A stretch of DNA of 64,000 bases, taken from contig CBDFLE010000006.1 in assembly GCA_965248925.1 (NCBI GenBank), forward strand, positions 1,952,001 through 2,016,000, given 5' to 3'. Positions 48,036 through 57,993 of the stretch are shown piece after piece. The translations under genes were made by a program, and so were the position numbers. A model generated the notes under the pieces. It saw nothing but the letters and a program-made list of their open reading frames with translations, did no database searches and was not told the origin of the DNA. Every line of letters begins with the position of its first letter. The first letter of the stretch is position 1. The DNA comes from Candidatus Multivoradales bacterium. Lineage in GTDB: Bacteria > Acidobacteriota > Thermoanaerobaculia > Multivoradales > J023.

Positions 48036-49232
48036 CTACTCGGCCCGCAGGGCCTCTAGAGGGCTCAGCCGAGCCGCTCGGCGGGCCGGCAGGACGCCAG
48101 AGACCAAGCCGGTCAAGACACTGACCGCGACCGCCGCAACGACAAATTGCGGCGGTGTGCTGATCGGCAATGCCGGCACCGCGGCGCGCAGCAGCAGACA
48201 GGCGAACCACCCTGCCGCCAAGCCGGCCAAACCACCCAAGGTGGAGAGCAAAGCTGCTTCGGCCAGGAACAGCCCTTGCACCTGTCGCCGGGTAGCGCCC
48301 AGGGAGCGCAGCACGCCGATCTCTTGGGTGCGCTCACCGACCGCGATCCACATCATGGTCAAGATGCCCACCGCCCCCACCAGCAGCGAGATACCGGCGA
48401 TGGCGCCCACCGAAGCGGTGATCATTCCCATGACATTGCCAAAGACCTCAACCATCGCCGCTTGGCTGATGATGGTGAAGTCCTCGTTGCCACCATGGCG
48501 TTCGATCAACACTGCGCGAATCGCCTTCTCGACCTGCTCTGCCTGGCGCGCAGTGCCGTAGAGAATATCGATCTCAGTGAGTTCTTCGCGGTTGAACAAC
48601 CGCAGGGCGCTGGCGACTGGAATGTAAGCGGCGTCGTCGATGTCGAAACCCAGCATGCGGCCCTTGGGCTCCATCACTCCGACCACGCGGAACCTGCCGC
48701 CGCCAATGCGCAACCAGCGTCCCAATGGATTGAGATCGCTGAAGAGTTCCCGCTTCAGGGTGGGGCCGATCACTGCCACAGGGGCGGTACGCTGCGGATC
48801 GCCAGGCGCCAGGAAGGTGCCTTGACGCACCCCCCACTGCCACACTTTGGGAGCGGCGGCGGTGCTGCCGTAAACCACCACGCTACGCCCCCGGGGGCCG
48901 GCTTCCACCCGTGCCGTGCCAACAACCAGCGGCACGACTCCCTCGACCCCCGGTATGCGTTCTAGAGCCACCGCATCATCGATTGTCAGCTGGTGGGTGG
49001 TGCCCCCCAAGACTCCTGGCAGGCCGACGGTCTCGGTCTTGCCCGGATTGACCTGAAATAACTTGGTGCCGAATTGGGTGAATTGGGTGAGCATGTACTG
49101 TCGGGTGCCTTCGCCGATCGACGTCAGCAGCACTACCGAGGCAATACCGATCGCAATTCCCAGCAGGGACAGGCCAGAGCGCAGACGATGCCCCCAGATG
49201 GCGCCAGCGGTCATTTTCCACAGATCGATCAT
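48036..49232 (-). CDS. MacB/FtsX-type ABC transporter permease
   Basis: LRSGLSLLGIAIG...ERTQEIGVLRSLGA...PARRAARLSPLEALR. Confidence 0.92.
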   Translation of the reverse strand: MIDLWKMTAGAIWGHRLRSGLSLLGIAIGIASVVLLTSIGEGTRQYMLTQFTQFGTKLFQVNPGKTETVGLPGVLGGTTHQLTIDDAVALERIPGVEGVVPLVVGTARVEAGPRGRSVVVYGSTAAAPKVWQWGVRQGTFLAPGDPQRTAPVAVIGPTLKRELFSDLNPLGRWLRIGGGRFRVVGVMEPKGRMLGFDIDDAAYIPVASALRLFNREELTEIDILYGTARQAEQVEKAIRAVLIERHGGNEDFTIISQAAMVEVFGNVMGMITASVGAIAGISLLVGAVGILTMMWIAVGERTQEIGVLRSLGATRRQVQGLFLAEAALLSTLGGLAGLAAGWFACLLLRAAVPALPISTPPQFVVAAVAVSVLTGLVSGVLPARRAARLSPLEALRAE

Positions 49233-49236
49233 CGTT

Positions 49237-50439
49237 CTAGCCCTTGCTCAGCGCTTCTACTGGATCGAGTGCCGCGGCCCGCCGCGCTGGCAACAAGCCA
49301 AAAATCGCCCCCACCAGCAGCGACACGGTGAAGGCCGACACCACCGCCCACAGCGGCGGCGCCGCCGGCAAGGCGGGGAAGATGCGCACCATCAGCCGCA
49401 CCGCCAAGCCGCCAAGGGCCAGCCCCAGCACCCCGCCGCAGCCGGACAACATCACTGCCTCGATTAAAAAGGCGGCCAAAATCTGCCGCTTGGCGGCCCC
49501 TAGAGCCCGCAACAGACCAATCTCCGAAGTGCGCTCGGAAGCCGCCACTAGCATCACGTTCATGATGCCCAGACCGGCGACCGACAGCGACACCGCGGCG
49601 ATACCTCCCAATGCAAAGGTCAAGGCACCGAGAATCGACGAGAAGGTGCTGGCCAAGGCTTCCTCGGTCTGCACCGTGAAGTCTTCCTCGCCGTGGCGCT
49701 CCAGCAGCAGCCGACGCACCGCCTCTCTAGATCTCTCGATATCGTCGTAGGCACCCACCTTGATCAACAGCCGAAAAAGGGTGTGCGTGTCGAACATGCG
49801 CATCGCGGTGGCGGTCGGTACCATCACCAACTCATCGAGATCAATACCTAGCTGAGTGCCGGTGGGAGCCAGCACACCGATCACCCGCATGCGAAACTCA
49901 CCCACCCGCACCACCGAACCGACCGGCTCGTCGAGAGGAAACAACTCTCGCGCCACGGCGTGACCCAGCACCACCACCGCGGTGCCGCGATCGACCTCGC
50001 CCACCGGCAGAAAACTGCCATAGGCCAGCTCCAGATCGCGCACCTCGAGGTATTGGTGATTGGTGCCGATCACCGCCACTTGGCGCTGCAACTCGCCGTG
50101 AGACACCACATCGGTACTCATGGCGATCGGCGCCACCTGGCGCGCCTGGGCGATCCGCCGAGCCACTGCACGGGCATCGTCGAGAGTCAGATCGTTGGGG
50201 GTGCCGATCACCCCCGGCAACGCCCCGGTGGTTTCGGTGCGCCCCGGCACCACCGCCAGCAAATTAGTGCCGAGGGTCGAGAATTGATCCACCACATAGC
50301 GCCGGGCACCTTCACCAAGAGCGGTCAAGATGACCACCGCCGCCACCCCGATACTCACCCCAAGCAGCGACAACAGACTGCGCAGTCGCGCTCCAGATAG
50401 CGCCCCGGCGGCAAAGCGCAGCAAGTCGGCAAAGCTCAC
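49237..50439 (-). CDS. MacB/FtsX-type ABC transporter permease
   Basis: LRSLLSLLGVSIG...GIMNVML...ERTSEIGLLRALGA...PARRAAALDPVEAL. Confidence 0.92.
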   Translation of the reverse strand: MSFADLLRFAAGALSGARLRSLLSLLGVSIGVAAVVILTALGEGARRYVVDQFSTLGTNLLAVVPGRTETTGALPGVIGTPNDLTLDDARAVARRIAQARQVAPIAMSTDVVSHGELQRQVAVIGTNHQYLEVRDLELAYGSFLPVGEVDRGTAVVVLGHAVARELFPLDEPVGSVVRVGEFRMRVIGVLAPTGTQLGIDLDELVMVPTATAMRMFDTHTLFRLLIKVGAYDDIERSREAVRRLLLERHGEEDFTVQTEEALASTFSSILGALTFALGGIAAVSLSVAGLGIMNVMLVAASERTSEIGLLRALGAAKRQILAAFLIEAVMLSGCGGVLGLALGGLAVRLMVRIFPALPAAPPLWAVVSAFTVSLLVGAIFGLLPARRAAALDPVEALSKG

Positions 50440-51182
50440 CCCTTGGCCTCCTCGGGAGCGTCGTCGTCCACCGATCCGAGCAGGATCTCGACCACCTGAC
50501 CCACCTCCTCACCCGGTACCTGCTCGACCACCCGACCGTCGACCAGCACCAAGATGCGGTCGGCGCGGCGCGCCACCTTCGGATCGTGGGTCACCACCAC
50601 CAGGGTGAGACCATCCTCGTTAAGCCGTTCGAGCAGCTCCAAGACCTGCTTGCCAGAGCCTGAATCCAGGTTGCCCGTCGGCTCGTCGGCAAGCAGGACT
50701 CGTGGCCCCATCACCGTCGCCCGCGCCAAAGCAACCCGCTGGCGCTCACCGCCTGACAGCTGCGAGGGCCGGTGATCGGCTCGATCCGCCAACCCTACCG
50801 CCGCGAGCTGCGCTCGCACCCGCTGGCGCCGCTGGCGCCGGGCAATGCCGGCGAAGATCATCGGCAACTCCACATTGCCGGCGGCATCGAGACGCTCCAC
50901 CAGATGAAAGAACTGGAAGACGAAGCCGATCAGATTGCGCCTGACCAGGGTGAGTTGCCTGTCGTCGAGTTCCCCCACCGCCCGCCCATCCAGGGTGTAA
51001 GTACCCGCGGTGGGCTGATCCAGACAGCCGACAATGTTCAGCAGGGTCGACTTGCCCGATCCCGACGGACCCATGATTGCCACGTGCTCCCCTGGACGGA
51101 TGTGGATATCGACCTCGCGCAGCGCCTTGACTGGCCGGCCACCGACCTCGAAAGTGCGCGACACGCCACGCAGCTGAATCAC
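50436..51182 (-). CDS. ABC transporter ATP-binding protein (LolD/MacB type)
   Basis: GPSGSGKS, LSGGERQR, LLADEPTGNLD, VTHD. Confidence 0.95.
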   Translation of the reverse strand: MIQLRGVSRTFEVGGRPVKALREVDIHIRPGEHVAIMGPSGSGKSTLLNIVGCLDQPTAGTYTLDGRAVGELDDRQLTLVRRNLIGFVFQFFHLVERLDAAGNVELPMIFAGIARRQRRQRVRAQLAAVGLADRADHRPSQLSGGERQRVALARATVMGPRVLLADEPTGNLDSGSGKQVLELLERLNEDGLTLVVVTHDPKVARRADRILVLVDGRVVEQVPGEEVGQVVEILLGSVDDDAPEEAKG

Positions 51183-52324
51183 CGATCAACCTCGTCGTCG
51201 GACTCGATCAGAGCTCCGGCGATAACTTCGGCCCGATCGAGGGAGGTGACCACTTGCTCACCAGCCTTGACGCCGCTCAAGATCTCGGTGAAGTCCCAAT
51301 TGCGCAAGCCGACCTCGACCTCTCGCTCGGTCAAATGGTCGCCGTCGATGATCAGCACTTTGCTGCCATCGATCAAGGCCAGGGTAGGCACGCGCAAGGA
51401 TTCCTCGCGCACCTCCTGCACCACCTCGACATCGGCCGAGGTACCGGGCAGCAAACTGGCGGCGAACTCGGCGTCGTCGAAGATGACTTCGATTTCCACC
51501 GTGCGGTTCTGCTGCTCGACATCGAGCACGTAGGGCGCCACCCGCGCCACCCGGGCGGCGAGCGATCGGTGGCGATGGGAATCGACCGTCAAGCGGGCCT
51601 CCATGCCGGCGAAAATACGTGCCGAATCAACCTCGTCCATCGGTGCGCTGACGTAGATCGAAGACGGGTCGATCAGATCGATCACCGCCGGCACCGCCAT
51701 CACCGGTGGCGAGGGGGTCGACCACTCGCCGAGTTCGATCGACAGCTCGGCGACGATGGCGTCAAAAGGCGCTCGCAGTACCGTCTGCCGCAACTCGGTG
51801 CGCGCCACCACCACCGCCGCTTCAGCCCGGGCGATACCGGCGGCGGCTGCGCGGCAGGATGCCGCCGCGGTCTCGGCTTGGCTGGCCAGTTGGTCGAGCC
51901 GATCGGCGGAGACGATGTCGGTCAGTAGCCGGCTGCGCTCAAGTTCGCGCTGTGCCCGGTCGGCCGCCAGACAAGCTCGCTCGTTGTCAGCTCGGGCGAC
52001 CGCCAAATCCCCCTCGGTCAGGCGCAACCGAGCTTGCTGGATGTCGTCTTCGAGACGCAGCAGCAAGTCGCCGGCCACCACCCTCTCACCCTCGCGAAAA
52101 GGCAGTTCCATCACCCGCCCCCCGACTTCCGGCGACAGCCGAGCGCGGCGCCGGCTGCGCACCGTGCCGGCGCGGGAATTGGTCACCGTCTCCTCCACCC
52201 GGCCGAGTTCTACCGCGACCGTCTCGACGGCGACCGGCTTCGGTGCCAACACGGAGTTGCGCAACCAGAGCACCAACAGCACCACGGCCAGCAACAAGAG
52301 TGCACGAATGATCCATTTACCCAT
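51179..52324 (-). CDS. Efflux periplasmic adaptor (MacA/HlyD-type membrane fusion protein)
   Basis: N-terminal TM; lipoyl-like halves (GRVMELPFREGERV, LRAPFDAIV); coiled-coil hairpin. Confidence 0.9.
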   Translation of the reverse strand: MGKWIIRALLLLAVVLLVLWLRNSVLAPKPVAVETVAVELGRVEETVTNSRAGTVRSRRRARLSPEVGGRVMELPFREGERVVAGDLLLRLEDDIQQARLRLTEGDLAVARADNERACLAADRAQRELERSRLLTDIVSADRLDQLASQAETAAASCRAAAAGIARAEAAVVVARTELRQTVLRAPFDAIVAELSIELGEWSTPSPPVMAVPAVIDLIDPSSIYVSAPMDEVDSARIFAGMEARLTVDSHRHRSLAARVARVAPYVLDVEQQNRTVEIEVIFDDAEFAASLLPGTSADVEVVQEVREESLRVPTLALIDGSKVLIIDGDHLTEREVEVGLRNWDFTEILSGVKAGEQVVTSLDRAEVIAGALIESDDEVDR

Positions 52325-52406
52325 GTCTTGAAACTAGCATTGCTGGCAGCGGAAGACGACACCTTGGAGGGCCGTGGGCGCCAAGAATTTCGCTCAGTTC
52401 GCGGTC

Positions 52407-52799
52407 TCAGCCCAGCGGGGCGGTGACGATCAGAGTGCGTCCCTGGCGACAAGCGACAGCCCGACTCCACGGCGGCAAGCCGTCCTTGCGTACCACCAGC
52501 TCGACTGGGTGACCTTCTTCACAAGCGACATTGGTGATCAGCGGCGTGATGCCGCGCGAAACGCCGTCGATCCACACCGCCGCTCCAGCCGGCGCCGACT
52601 TCACTGACAGGACAAAGCCGGCCGCCGCCGGATTCTCTGGCTGTGTTAGCCGACTCAAACCAGCGCGATAAAGCCAAACTCTGGCGCGGGCGCCGAACAC
52701 CGCCTCGAACGGTCCGGCAAACATCGCCACCGACAGCCACAGAGCCGCCGCCGCCGACAACAGTCGCCATCGCGCCGCCCAACGCCAGGGATCGCTCAT
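52407..52799 (-). CDS. Membrane-anchored PEGA-domain protein
   Basis: LSVKSAPAGAAVWIDGVSRGITPL...VRKDG; ATGA overlap with the upstream ATPase stop. Confidence 0.75.
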   Translation of the reverse strand: MSDPWRWAARWRLLSAAAALWLSVAMFAGPFEAVFGARARVWLYRAGLSRLTQPENPAAAGFVLSVKSAPAGAAVWIDGVSRGITPLITNVACEEGHPVELVVRKDGLPPWSRAVACRQGRTLIVTAPLG

Positions 52800-54328
52800 C
52801 CGGCCACCCGCAGCGCTTCTTCGAGGCTGATCCGGCCAGCCGCGGCAAGACCCACCGCGGCTTTGAGTAAGGAAGTCGCGCCCGCCTGGGCAGCGGCAGC
52901 CGCCAACTGCGGCGTCGTCGACCGGTCGAGCACCAGCAAGCGCAGATCGTCGTCCATCCGCAGCAACTCGAATATCGCCACCCGGCCGCCATGGCCGCTT
53001 TGGGCACATTCGCTACAGCCCGCCGCCTGCTGGAAGACCAGTCCTTCGAAGTGAACTTGGCGACGGCGCAGCACTTCAAGTTGGGCGGGCTCGACCGCCG
53101 CTGGCTGGCTGCAAGCCACACACAAGCCGCGAGCCAGGCGTTGAGAGATCGCCGCCCGCACCGCCGAAGCGGCCAGAAACGGCTCGACATCGCTGTCGTA
53201 GAGGCGACTGAAGACCCCGGCTGCCGACTCCGCATGCAGCGTGCTGAGGATGAGGTGACCACTGAGCGCCGCTCGCACCGCGACACGAGCGGTGTCGGCA
53301 TCGCGGATCTCTCCCACCATCAACACGTCGGGATCCTGGCGCAGCACCGCTCGCAAGCCCTCGGCAAAGCCCAGGCCCGCACTGCCCTGCACCTGGGTCT
53401 GGTTGAGAAAGGGCAGCTCGACCTCCACTGGATCTTCCAACGTCGACAGGCTGACGGTGTCACCCCGGCTTTGGTGGATGTGCTCGAGGGCGGCATACAA
53501 AGTGGTGGTCTTGCCGCAGCCGGTCGGACCAGTGAGCAGGATCATCCCCTGGGTTTCGGCCAGCAACTGGCGCAACTCCTCCAGCATGACCACCGGCAAC
53601 CCGAGATCGTCGAGCCCGAGCCGCGCCGCGCCGCGCATGGCCAGCCGTAGCACCGCCCGCTCACCATGCTGGGTGGGCAAGACAGACAGCCGAAAATCCA
53701 CCGACCCGGCATCGCTTGAGACCACAAAATGCCCATCCTGCGGCTGCCTGGTTTGATATGACACCAGCTCAGAGAGCACCTTCAAGCGGCGCAGCAGTGG
53801 ATCGTGCAAAGCTACCGGCAAGTTGCCGATCTCGTGCAACTCCCCCCGCAGTCTCAAGGTCACCCGAGTAGCCTCGGCCAGAGGTTGAATGTGGATATCG
53901 CTGGCCGCCACCGTGATCGCCCCGGCCAGCAAGCGATCGAGTAGCGCCGGCACGTCAGGTCGACGGTCGAGAGCCGCCAGCAAGGTCTGCCGCAAGCGGT
54001 CTACGGAGTCGTCATCAGCCCGCGCCACCGGCGGCGTCCGAAGCCCCTCAACCGCAGAGTCGGCCGGCTCGGTGGCCACCTGCAAGACATGCCGACGAGC
54101 CGGCTCGGTCTCAAAAATCAGCCTCCGTTCGACCCACCAGCGAGCCAGGCTGCTAGAAGCGAACAAGGCCGCCGCCGCCCACACCATCGGCCGGGCAATA
54201 GCAGAAGCTCCGAAATGGATCACCACCCGCGACAATTCAAATAGGTTGGTCGGCCGATAGAGCAGATAGCAAGTCAACACGCCCGCCAGTACCACCAGTA
54301 CGGCCAGCCAACGCAGCAAGCGAGCCAT
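52796..54328 (-). CDS. GspE/PulE/PilB-family secretion ATPase with N-terminal hydrophobic segments
   Basis: ASDIHIQP, PQDGH, GPTGCGKTTTLY, TLEDPVE, LRQDPDVLMVGEIRD, GHLILSTLH, two CxxC. Start set just after the dehydratase stop; ORF open to 54433. Confidence 0.88.
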   Translation of the reverse strand: MARLLRWLAVLVVLAGVLTCYLLYRPTNLFELSRVVIHFGASAIARPMVWAAAALFASSSLARWWVERRLIFETEPARRHVLQVATEPADSAVEGLRTPPVARADDDSVDRLRQTLLAALDRRPDVPALLDRLLAGAITVAASDIHIQPLAEATRVTLRLRGELHEIGNLPVALHDPLLRRLKVLSELVSYQTRQPQDGHFVVSSDAGSVDFRLSVLPTQHGERAVLRLAMRGAARLGLDDLGLPVVMLEELRQLLAETQGMILLTGPTGCGKTTTLYAALEHIHQSRGDTVSLSTLEDPVEVELPFLNQTQVQGSAGLGFAEGLRAVLRQDPDVLMVGEIRDADTARVAVRAALSGHLILSTLHAESAAGVFSRLYDSDVEPFLAASAVRAAISQRLARGLCVACSQPAAVEPAQLEVLRRRQVHFEGLVFQQAAGCSECAQSGHGGRVAIFELLRMDDDLRLLVLDRSTTPQLAAAAAQAGATSLLKAAVGLAAAGRISLEEALRVAG

Positions 54329-54329
54329 T

Positions 54330-55337
54330 CTATCCACCACCGGTACTCTCGAGACCAGCCAGCAAGTAGCGGCTGAAGCTAGCGCCATCAATGTTGGTAC
54401 CACAGACCACCAAACCGACTTTGCGGCCGGCAAGGCGCTCGGCGAGCGGCCCCAAGAGCGCCGCCGTACTGGCTGCCCCAGCCGGCTCTACCGCCAGCTT
54501 GAGATCGGCGAAAAGCAGGGCCAGAGCACGACATAAGGCAGGATCGTCGACCCGCACCAACTGATCGACATAGCTCCGGCACATGGCGAAGGTGTAGGGC
54601 ATTGCGTAGGGAGCACCGAGACTGTCGGCTATGGTCTTCACTCGCTCGATCGAGCGCGGCTGGCCGGCGGCAAGACTGCGGTGCATGCTGTCAGCCCCTT
54701 CGGGCTCGACGCCATACACCCGGCAGTTGGGCTGAAGCAGCTTGACCGCTTGCGCCACCCCGGCGCACAGACCGCCGCCACCAATCGGTACCACCACCGC
54801 ATCGAGATCGGCGACTTGCTCGGCAAATTCAAGGCCCACGGTGGCGGTCCCCAGAGCCGTATTGCGCCCCTCGAAAGGATGCACAAAGTAGCGCTCTTCC
54901 TCACGTTCCAGGCGTTCAGCCTCGGCAAACGCCTGGTGAACATCGTCACAGAGCACGACTGCGGCGCCATAGGCACGGCAAATCTCGACCCGCGCCGGGC
55001 TAGCGTTGCTCGGCATCGCCACCTTGGCCGTAGTGCCCAGCTGGGCGGCGGCAAAGGCCACCGCGATGGCATGATTGCCGGCACTGACCGCGGTGACCCC
55101 GCGCGCCAGCGCCGCGTCTCCGAGGTCCATCATGTTAAGCAGGGCGCCCCGCGGCTTGAAAGTGCCACCGTATTGAAAGAGCTCGAGCTTCAGATGGATC
55201 TCGGTGCCGGCAGCCAGCCGCCGCTCGATCTCGCGACCCTGCCAGCGCCACACCGGGGTGGTCCGCACCCGCTCGCCGAGGCGCCGGCGAGCGTCGCGGA
55301 TTTCTGCCAAGGAAGGAAAGTCGTCCGCAGCCAGCAT
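54330..55337 (-). CDS. PLP-dependent threonine/serine dehydratase family protein
   Basis: LKLELFQYGGTFKPRGA (PLP lysine), SAGNHA, PIGGGGL, VEPAGA. Confidence 0.9.
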   Translation of the reverse strand: MLAADDFPSLAEIRDARRRLGERVRTTPVWRWQGREIERRLAAGTEIHLKLELFQYGGTFKPRGALLNMMDLGDAALARGVTAVSAGNHAIAVAFAAAQLGTTAKVAMPSNASPARVEICRAYGAAVVLCDDVHQAFAEAERLEREEERYFVHPFEGRNTALGTATVGLEFAEQVADLDAVVVPIGGGGLCAGVAQAVKLLQPNCRVYGVEPEGADSMHRSLAAGQPRSIERVKTIADSLGAPYAMPYTFAMCRSYVDQLVRVDDPALCRALALLFADLKLAVEPAGAASTAALLGPLAERLAGRKVGLVVCGTNIDGASFSRYLLAGLESTGGG

Positions 55338-56209
55338 GGGCGCATCATAACGCCCTCGAGACAACCGGTCAGGGCGAAGGTCAGGGCGAAGGTCAGGGCG
55401 AAGGTCAGAGTCGAGAAAACACTCTGCCATTCGGCCAGGTGGCGAAATTCTGGCGCACTGCGCTCCATGTGCACCACCGCCGCCATCCACTGCCCGCCAC
55501 TGATCGGCAAACGCAGCCGCCCGCCACTGTCGGTGCGCCCCGACAGCATCTTGTCGTCGCCGGTGAGCGAGTGCAGATCGATCAGCGCCAGCGCCAGCGG
55601 CTTGCCCTGCCACCAGGCCCGCAGAGTGATCTCGCGCTGCGCCGGCAGCGGCAGCCTTTCAAGCACCAGTTCCAAGGGCAGGCCCACCGCTCGGTCGGCG
55701 GTGGTCTGCACACCGATCCGGATCAGGCTCTTCAGCGACCGGCGGTAGAGTTCACGCCCCGGCAGCTCGCTCTCCCCCCGCTGCTGCCGCCAGCGGACGA
55801 TTTGCTCGAGTCCCTCCTCCTGCAAGTAGCCGGTGAAGGCTTCGGCGGCAAGTGCTGAGAATGCCTCGGCACTCTCATAGACCACCGTCCACAGACCCGC
55901 CGCGTCAGGGCGCAAATAACCGGCCGGGTCGCTGCCGACCCTACCCGGCACCGCGCTGAGCTTTCCATCGGGCCCCAGGGCCTCGAAACGGACGATCCGT
56001 GATGGTTGCCTGGCCTCCGATTCAGCTTGGCCGGCATCGCCCACCGCAAGAGCCACCGACAACAATTCGCCGGGAACTGCGACGTAACTCGACGGCAGCA
56101 GGGTCATGTCGTGCGCCCTCAAGGAAACGGTGGCAGCGGGTAACAAAAGGACGGTAGCCCCGAACCAAAAAAGAGGCTGCCGCCTACCCCCCAGAACCCG
56201 ATCGAACAT
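55190..56209 (-). CDS. DUF4198-family periplasmic protein (C-terminus runs on into the next gene)
   Basis: Signal peptide then AHD; FTGYLQEEGL...GRELYRRSLKSL; GLPLELV; W.S.FSTLTF end motif followed by a repeat and run-on. Confidence 0.7.
   Translation of the reverse strand: MFDRVLGGRRQPLFWFGATVLLLPAATVSLRAHDMTLLPSSYVAVPGELLSVALAVGDAGQAESEARQPSRIVRFEALGPDGKLSAVPGRVGSDPAGYLRPDAAGLWTVVYESAEAFSALAAEAFTGYLQEEGLEQIVRWRQQRGESELPGRELYRRSLKSLIRIGVQTTADRAVGLPLELVLERLPLPAQREITLRAWWQGKPLALALIDLHSLTGDDKMLSGRTDSGGRLRLPISGGQWMAAVVHMERSAPEFRHLAEWQSVFSTLTFALTFALTFALTGCLEGVMMRPCWLRTTFLPWQKSATLAGASASGCGPPRCGAGRVARSSGGWLPAPRSI
55367..55408. repeat. 12-bp tandem repeat x3.5 (GGTCAGGGCGAA; encodes LTFA on the minus strand)
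   Basis: Seen directly in the sequence. Confidence 0.9.
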
Positions 56210-56996
56210 CAGTTTGGCGAGCCTGGAATCGGAGTTGTCAGATAAGGGAAAGCGTTGTCGAACTGATCGGCATGCTGGCGCGCTCCATCGGTGAAGGGCA
56301 GCAGGCCGCTAGGGGCATCGGCGGGATTGCAACCCACTCCCAGGTGACAGAGAACGCCCATCATCGCGCGCAGCGAGATATCCACCGTGTCGTCGCCAGG
56401 ACGGCGACCGTTGGGATAGCCAGCGGCATCGCCCGCCGCCACGCCCAGTTCCATCTGGGCATGCCGAAGACCTTAAGGCCGTTGCGATTGTTAATCACGA
56501 AATCCGAGCTGTTGGGATTGTCCACCGAGCCGCGAACGACCTCCAGGGTGAAAGATCGCCGCTCACTCAGCGCACCGAGCCCTAGACCGGGACCAAACTG
56601 GCCAATATTAACCAGTGGCACCGCCACGCCGACTCCACCGATCGACAGCACGAACGGGTTGCGGCGCTGGCGAAAACGGAAACGGAAAGTCAGATCCTCG
56701 GTGATGTCGGCACCGTTGTTGTTGATGTGGATGTCATACACGGCATCCGCATCGAGGGGAAAGTAGTTCGGCCCACCGTAGGGGTCCTGCAGCGGGTTGT
56801 AGTTGGCGATCAAGGTGACGAAGCCTTGGCGGCCAGGTTCGTAGCTGCGAAACATGTAGAAATCGGTGCCGTCTACCTGCGGTGTTCTGGTGATCGACGG
56901 CGCTTCCCGGTGACTGGAAGCAAATAGCGGCAGAGTGCTGAAGCAGCCGATAATCAAGGCGATGGCGATGATCTGGCGGCAAGTAAATCGTTTCAT
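56209..56996 (-). pseudogene. DUF4331-family secreted protein with a large internal deletion and frameshift (~56455)
   Basis: N-terminal ASSHREAP...DGTDFYMFRSYE...GGPNYF in one frame; C-terminal GYPNGRRPGDDTVDISL...FPYL in another; the middle is missing. Confidence 0.8.
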
Positions 56997-57047
56997 TGCA
57001 TTTTCCCTCGACTAGAGGTTATTTATCGGGCGAATGAAACAGCACTT

Positions 57048-57063
57048 AGCAACTCCCGTGCCA
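57048..57063 (-). promoter_or_regulatory. sigma54 promoter for the DUF4331-DUF4198 operon
   Basis: TGGCACGGGAGTTGCT, an exact match to TGGCACG-N4-TTGCW, ~50 nt upstream of the ATG. Confidence 0.85.
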
Positions 57064-57211
57064 CGGCGGAAGAGATCACCTGCAAGCCTCAAATACAGGC
57101 ATCTAGGGCCTTGCCGGCTCCTGGAGGCGGGGGAAGTCTCAAGCGGCTGCGAGACTGGATGAAGTTGGCTGAGACAAGATGAGACGTCGCAGCCGATCAG
57201 CGGCCAGTCGC

Positions 57212-57909
57212 CTAGAAATCGAGCTGCCAGCGCAGCAGGAAGAAGTTTGCATCGCCGACTTTGTCGACCTCGGAGTGGACGAAGTTGAGCATCCCACGCA
57301 GCGCCGGATTGGGATACCAATTGAGCGCCAGCGTCAATTCGCTCATTTCACCCCCGGCAACCGGAGCGGAGAATCGCCGAGATCTTTGTGGCTGATGCCG
57401 ACACCGACATGCAAGAGCCACCCGCTATCGTCCTGGTAGATCGGCGTGAAGGCGATCCGACCGGTCAAGTTGAGCCGGTCGTCGCCCACCACCCGGCCCG
57501 AATCGTCAGTTTCGTGGAAAGCGCCCAGCGCCCAGCTGTACTTCTCTCCCCGATCGCTGAGCTGCACTCCCACGTTGCGACCGGGAGCAAAGGCAGTGGG
57601 CAGGGAGCGCTCGAGAAAAGTGGTGTGCTTGGAGCTGGTCAGCTCCTCCATGCTGAAGGGTTCATTGGTGTGACCGAAGCGCAAGGCCCCGACGGGAGTG
57701 GCGGCCAAATCGACATAGAGATCTTTGATCTTGGCGGTGCCACCGCCGGCAAAATCGAACTTGAGCTTGAATTCGCCATCCTCCGACTCGACCAGAAAAC
57801 CATTTTCTCAGCTACTCGCCCAACCCTCGGCGCCAGCAGCCCGAGCCCAAGCCAGCAGGGCCAGCGCAAGGAAAAAGCTGAGCTGGCGGATTGCCATCCA
57901 GGTACTCAT
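57212..57909 (-). pseudogene. OprO/OprP-family porin remnant (nonsense codon, deletions, frameshift)
   Basis: AGGAGG RBS and ATG 57909; signal peptide, ASS*ENGFLVESEDGEFKLK (TGA at 57808-57810), DFAGG..KDLY, EPFSMEELTSSK...FLERS; the C-terminal LNWYPNP...RWQLDF is in another frame; far shorter than a full porin. Confidence 0.8.
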
Positions 57910-57993
57910 CAACAAACCTCCTGGGGGCTTCAACGATCTCCGGCGCAGCGGATGTTAACCGCAGAAGATGAAAGTCAGGAAGTTGCCGTCGAA

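Noticed and set aside
48036-52324. MacAB-like exporter as part of the PKS cluster
   Set aside because: It lies ~17 kb away, beyond a tRNA and housekeeping genes; nothing in the sequence links it to the cluster.
41317-55408. Short tandem repeats considered as CRISPR arrays
   Set aside because: Units of 12-18 bp are contiguous with no spacers, lie in coding frames, and no cas genes are present.
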